The translations under genes were made by a program, and so were the position numbers. From the NCBI RefSeq assembly GCF_001194135.2, contig NC_068984.1, forward strand, positions 12,133,667 through 12,195,486: a DNA stretch of 61,820 bases, given 5' to 3'. The notes below the pieces were generated by a model that was given only the letters and a program-made list of their open reading frames with translations, searched no databases and was not told the DNA's origin. The stretch is from Octopus bimaculoides. Its lineage: Eukaryota. Positions 27,001 to 61,820 of this stretch are shown piece by piece (the first letter of the stretch is position 1; every line of letters begins with the position of its first letter).

Positions 27001-29436
27001 ACTACATTTCTTTAGTTTCAATTAATTTGGAAAATAATGAAGGATTTACTAAAAAAAAAACTTTGTCAGTATTGAGTTGGGATATAAATTAACATGAAAT
27101 TTTAGTGAAAGGTTTTAATTTAGATCATTTTAAAATTTCAGGTTTCTATCATTGAATCAGGAGTGGTCTCAGGATTAAATCTGGGTTTTTGATCAGTTTT
27201 GTGGGACCTTAAACTCTAGAATACCAGGTACACCATTCACTTTCCTATTATTATTGATTTCTAACATTGCCACAAAACCACAAATATTTTGAGATAGGGC
27301 ATGATCAATTATATTGATCCCACCAATGCTTGGCTAGTGTTTTATTGAGCCCCCTGGAAGGATGGAAAGCAAAGTTAACTTTAGTGGGATTTGAACTCAT
27401 GATGTAAAGAGCAAGAATAACTATTGAAAGACATTTCATCCTATATTCTTGTCGTATGTTGTATTGTGGTTGTTCATTGATATTTGTAGAGAATCAAAAT
27501 GTCTTCCTAGGGCTGCATGTAAGAATGATTAACAAGACACAAACAATCAACAGAAACTTTATCTACTGCTCATAGTGTTGGTCTTTGAATGAAAAATAAT
27601 TTTATACATGTGGGAGAGACATGCTGCTGGGGTTTACATCAAAATAGCTGGAACATATCAATCTGTGACTGGCCATCACAACTAGGAAAATAATCATGTT
27701 AAGTTCATTATAGCAAAATCTGTACCTTGTATTGGCATGGCTGGTGAATGGAAAATGAGAATGGAGTTGACATTCTGAAGTTATCACCAAAAATTAACCT
27801 TTTTATAAGTCTCATTACAAGGTTCTAGAAAGTTGAATAATGATGGCTTGACACTGATTGGTCAGTTAATTGGCCAGTCATGTGAAGTAACAGTGATCTC
27901 AACATGACATCTGCATGGCTGTTCAGCAATTTAGCTTCAAATCCACTACACTCTAATGAGTCTGCCAATTTACTACCTCAGAGAGAATATATAAGAATTT
28001 ATTACATATACAAAAAGCCTAATTTTTGTGGGAGGGGTATAATTAACTCAACTCTTGTATTTGACTGATGCTTCATTTATCACCTCAGCAGGATGAAAGG
28101 TAAAGTTGACCTTGGTGAAGTTTGAACTTAGAATGTAAAAAGACATTTTATTTGACTACCTAAAGATTCCGTCAACCCCACCACACCCTAATTTTTCATT
28201 GATGGTGGTGAATTAGGAAACTAGTAGACAAAATACCTTCTGGTATAATTAATAGAGACAGAAGCAGTATTAATACCAAAAGGTAACCTTGATCTCCATC
28301 TGAATGTTGAAGTTGTGTTAAAACACAGAATACTGCATCATTTAGCTTGAGAGAATCTTTTCTAAGGACTTGTGGTACATAAAGGCAACCTTATGTAGTT
28401 GACAGATAAAAATAATCTGCTATGGCTGCCAGAACTGACGATCACATGATTTCATCCTGCTATGGGTTCTTCAGTGGCAGATGTCCAGCAGCATCATAAC
28501 AGCTGAATCTTCTATCAATGATTTATAGAATCTCAGTTTCTATTCAGGCACTGGTGTTGCAAATAGCCAGTGGGTTTATTAAAAGATAATTAATAGAGAC
28601 AGAAACAGTATTAATGCCAAAAGATAATCTTGATTGCTAACTTAATGTGGAGGTTGTGATAGAACACAGAATACTGCTTTATACCTTCTGGTATGTCATA
28701 ATGTCATTTGGGGTTCTGAGTTCAAATCTCACCTGCCTTTACTTTTCATCCTTTTTGGAGATCATTCAAAATGAAGTACCAGTAAAGTACTGGAGTTTAT
28801 ACACTCCACCCAAATATGTGACAGCTAGGCTGTATTAGAAATAATTATTGATGTTGTGATTGGCTGGATGGTGGTGGATGGGGTGGGGGAATAGACAGGG
28901 CAAATAGTCAAAATAAGTATCTTATGGTATTTATTTAATGTCACATTATATTCTGAGTTGAAATCCTGCTAAGTTGACTTTGTCTTTCATCCTTTTGAAA
29001 TGACCATTTTAATGTCTATTTTTCCATGTTTGCCTCGGTCATACAATACTACATAGGGGGCTGAGTTTGCTACAGCTGGATGCCCTTCCAGACACCAACA
29101 TTCACTTGTTTTCAACTCAGACACGGTTACATAGAGAGCTGGAAACAAATGACAGTATCTGAACGAGCTTTTTGTTTACAAACATCACAACATATGTCCA
29201 GACACATAAACATGAATATGACACTATCTGCATGAACAGGAAGGTTTTCATTTACAACCAGTGAACACATGTGAAGATGAGGGGAAACACAGTCACTCTG
29301 ACACAAACACTTATATACATATATACCAATAAAACAAAGTATCAGTCAAGTCCTGAGTTTCATTAAATCAACAGCTCTTCTCTCTTAACATTTGTTGTTG
29401 TGCCTCAGTAAGAAATTATTATTATTATTATTATTA

Positions 29437-29476
<40 letters not shown>

Positions 29477-30109
29477 GCTGACAAGCTGGCAAAATTGTTA
29501 GGATGAGGCAGAAAATGCTTACTGGTATTTCTTTCAACTCTTTGTGTTCTGAGTTCAAATACTGCCGTGGTCAACCGTGTCATTTTGGAAGTTGATAAAA
29601 TAAAGTACCTGTTAAGTACTGAAGTTGATCATCATCATCATTTTAATGTCTTCTATTTTTGTATGGGTTGAATAGAGTTTACTGAGGTAGATTTTCTGTG
29701 ACTGGATGCCTTTCCTGTTTCAACCTCCATCTTTTTTCAAGCAAGTTAAATATTTTCTCATGGCCAGACATGCTTCCACAGAATATTGGAAATGAACGAC
29801 ACTGCTTGTTTGACAGTGACACTCATTTACAAATGTCATGATATCAAGACAAGGACACACACACACACACATGCACACATATACAATGGGCTTCTTTCAG
29901 TTTCTGCCTGCCATGTCCATTCACAAGGCTTTGGTCAGCCTGGGGCTAGAGAAAGATGCTTACATAAAGAGACATACAGTAGGACTGAACCCCAAATCAT
30001 GTGATTCAAAAGAAAACTTCTTAACCACACTGCCACGTCTGCAGAGATACACAAATTATAAGAAAAAATTGGAAGGAGAAAGAAGACTTGTTTACAAAAT
30101 AGGAGCAAC

Positions 30110-30975
30110 TTTATTTATTTATACTGTTTTATTCATAGTAATTTTACTGGCTGGCCATTCCTAAGCCATACTTTGACAGCTAAGCACCTTGTACTTGGGC
30201 TCCTGTTTATCATTAACTGCATAGATGAACCAGTTCGAAACATTTCACCAAATCTCTGATACAAACGAAACTAGAAATGATCCCAAGATGAAGTGTAGCA
30301 ATAAAATACCAAACACTACTTTGACATCTTGCATTACAGAATATTTTAAGAGAAAGGGTAAGAGTGAGGATGTTTATTTTGCATCTTATGAAGATCATGC
30401 TGTCTATTTTATAACTTGTACCCATAGAAATTTCAAGATCATCAGCCACTTTTCCAGGATGATTGTAATGTTGAAACTGGAAGGGTATTACCTGGTTGCT
30501 GCTTTAAATAATTTATCATAATCCATAAAGTTACCTTCCCTTCAGAGCAATTTCTTCAGGTGTGTAACAGATGTTTGGTTCTGTTGCTGCAGTAAACATG
30601 ATTAAATTCAGAGACTTCTATTCTGTTATTTTTGATAATTGTGATACAGTTGACAAAATTTACATTAAGGCACATTTGCTCTTAACAGAAATCCCAGTTG
30701 TGGTGGAAAAATCTATATCATTGCAAAGGCATAAATTGAGAAAGAACCAGATCTAATATCATGGTTAACTATTGTGGTCCAATGTATAGGGTACCATAGT
30801 ATATAAATATAAACAGCCAGTCTATTTCACAAGAAAATAATGGAATTAGTAGTAATAATGAAACATTGTGAAGATGACAATCAGTTCCAAAATGAGAGCT
30901 GGACTTAAATGATACATTTTTTTGAAAATAAGATTTGGACAGTATTAAAATTTACACAGAATAAAGGTTTCCCAG
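30110..30975 (-). other. Probable 3' UTR of the minus-strand gene with clustered AATAAA signals
   Basis: Repeat-free unique sequence directly after the stop codon; plus-strand TTTATT at 30110-30119 and 30128-30133. Confidence 0.45.
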
Positions 30976-60963
<29,988 letters not shown>

Positions 60964-61648
60964 CTGTAAAAAAGAAAATAGAAGAAAATGATTAAATAAA
61001 AATAGATAAAAACTTCAGTTATAGGAAATTACAAAATTAGTGGACAATTTACCGAAATATAATACACATTACAGAATACAGTATATAACTCTAAGAAGTT
61101 CACTGTTCCAGTGTTAATTATAAGACTAATATTAATGATATGATTGAGGCTTATCATATAACCCAGAAAAGCTACTATTTTTGTTATTTAACCATTTTGC
61201 TACCAACTGGATTGAGATTGCCCTTGGTCCATTGATACAAGCTGTTTTTTTAAAGTAATCTTAAAATAAAATCTTCCAAAAAAAGGTCAGTATATATAAC
61301 AATTCAAAGGTTCCAGTTTTTCAACAAAGTAACTGAAATTTTACATGAGGAGACATCTTTTTAAGAAGCTATTGAGCTTTGTGACTTTTTCTGACACTCA
61401 GGATGGTTGAATACTACTGCTAGTATTAGATAATGTAGTCTGTTTACTCTTTCACTTGTTTCAGTCATTTGACTGCGGCCATGCTGGAGCACCGCCTTTA
61501 GTCGAGCAAATCGACCCCAGGACATATTCTTTGGAAGCCTAGTACTTATTCTATCGTTTCTTTTTGCCGAACCGCTAAGTTACAGGGACATAAACACACC
61601 AGCATCGGTTGTCAAGTGATGGTGGGGGGGACAAACACAGACATACAA

Positions 61649-61696
<48 letters not shown>

Positions 61697-61697
61697 C

Positions 61698-61820
61698 ACT
61701 GAATTCCGGGTAGAGGTAGGGGTCCACCAAGGTTCCGTCCTCAGCCCCATCTTATTTATCATAGTCCTCCAGGCAATCACAGAGGAGTTCAAGACAGGTT
61801 GCCCCTGGGAGCTCCTCTAT
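61698..61820 (+). mobile_element. RTE LINE reverse transcriptase fragment, continuing past the window edge
   Basis: TEFRVEVGVHQGSVLSPILFIIVLQAITEEFKTGCPWELLY, i.e. the GVHQGSVLSP motif and the residues preceding YADD. Confidence 0.92.

Noticed and set aside
30213-30756. Short ORFs and hydrophobic peptides on both strands
   Set aside because: They are frequently interrupted by stops with no recognisable motif, and are better explained as 3' UTR.

Overview
AT-rich, repeat-dense animal genomic DNA with three assembly gaps (N at 1799-1926, 13684-13693, 52637-53414). The SINE and microsatellite complement resembles what I recognise from octopus genomes; this is an inference from pattern recognition, not a database match. 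Almost all ORFs in the supplied track are spurious (microsatellites, SINEs, N-runs). The main signal is the 3' part of a spliced minus-strand gene that I pieced together by eye from ten small GT-AG exons (60963 down to 30976). The exons join in frame to give about 190 aa ending ...EISERFAELQFPAPYIPEAVVSDSEIN*, and I cannot assign the protein to a family. Its last intron holds a decayed, sense-oriented piggyBac (PGBD4-like) element with an in-frame AG just before its ATG. Other introns hold TTAA and hAT MITEs, a Helentron-like element, RTE and CR1 LINE fragments, and a roughly 500-bp head-to-head SINE foldback with a hammerhead-like core motif. The left half holds Tc1/mariner relics, a Merlin-like MITE, RTE fragments, and TE-poor stretches with weaker candidate exons and promoters. 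I found no rRNA, true tRNA, CRISPR or prokaryotic features.
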